From Eledone cirrhosa (lineage: Eukaryota): DNA of 64,000 nt. The translations under genes were made by a program, and so were the position numbers. The DNA is taken from the NCBI GenBank assembly GCA_964016885.1, contig OZ024754.1, positions 27,404,001 to 27,468,000 of the forward strand. The letters are read 5' to 3'. This document shows positions 63,801 through 64,000 of the stretch, piece after piece. The stretch's first letter is position 1; the number at the start of each line of letters is the position of its first letter. The notes under the pieces were generated by a model that was given only the letters and a program-made list of their open reading frames with translations, did not search any database and had not been told where the DNA came from.

Positions 63801-64000
63801 TTGTATTTATTTATATATACTAACGTGCGTAGTCTGTCTGTCTGGCTCTCATTCACTTATTCACAAATGTCTCTCCATCAACCATGTAATTATGTATATT
63901 ATACTATGTTCAATATTTTATATTGAAATTTTATATCATTCCACTTTTTGTAAACGTACTACTGATCATTATTATTTACCGATTATTAAATGTACCATTA
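60855..64000 (+). mobile_element. Second, 5'-truncated copy of the same Naiad-type PLE family
   Basis: Colinear with 22535 onward but clearly diverged. Begins directly after (TA)n. The 3' UTR continues past 63075 and its end is not seen in the window. Confidence 0.85.
60858..63075 (+). pseudogene. PLE RT + GIY-YIG, 5'-truncated and frameshifted
   Basis: Same motifs as copy 1 (GLYRDDAL, VNFLDVTLDL, TYIGST, CNLCILE). A8 frameshift at 61067-61074 and a 10-nt deletion near 61240 relative to copy 1. Open from ~61243 to 63075. Confidence 0.92.

Overview
AT-rich, microsatellite-saturated eukaryotic DNA with no confidently identifiable host gene. The SINE and repeat content suggests a cephalopod or other mollusc (inference). 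Nearly all supplied ORFs are translated (TA)n/(CA)n/(GA)n tracts. The real coding remnants are Penelope-like retroelements (PLEs; RT + GIY-YIG): a near-full Naiad-type copy (21835-26186), a second diverged copy (from ~60855), two smaller Naiad-type fragments, and a head-to-head inverted pair of a second PLE family (54307-59175). There is also a Tx1/L1-type LINE 3' fragment, non-autonomous Helitrons and a tRNA-derived SINE family. The main signal is in the short unique segments between TA tracts: many carry type I hammerhead ribozyme (HHR) motifs, from about 15 unrelated sequence families. They often occur as fold-back inverted repeats, several have unusually long stem II inserts, and some break or invert inside stem II. 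One is a tandem 152-nt retrozyme-like unit. All folds were read by eye, coordinates may be off by a few bases, and ribozyme activity is untested.
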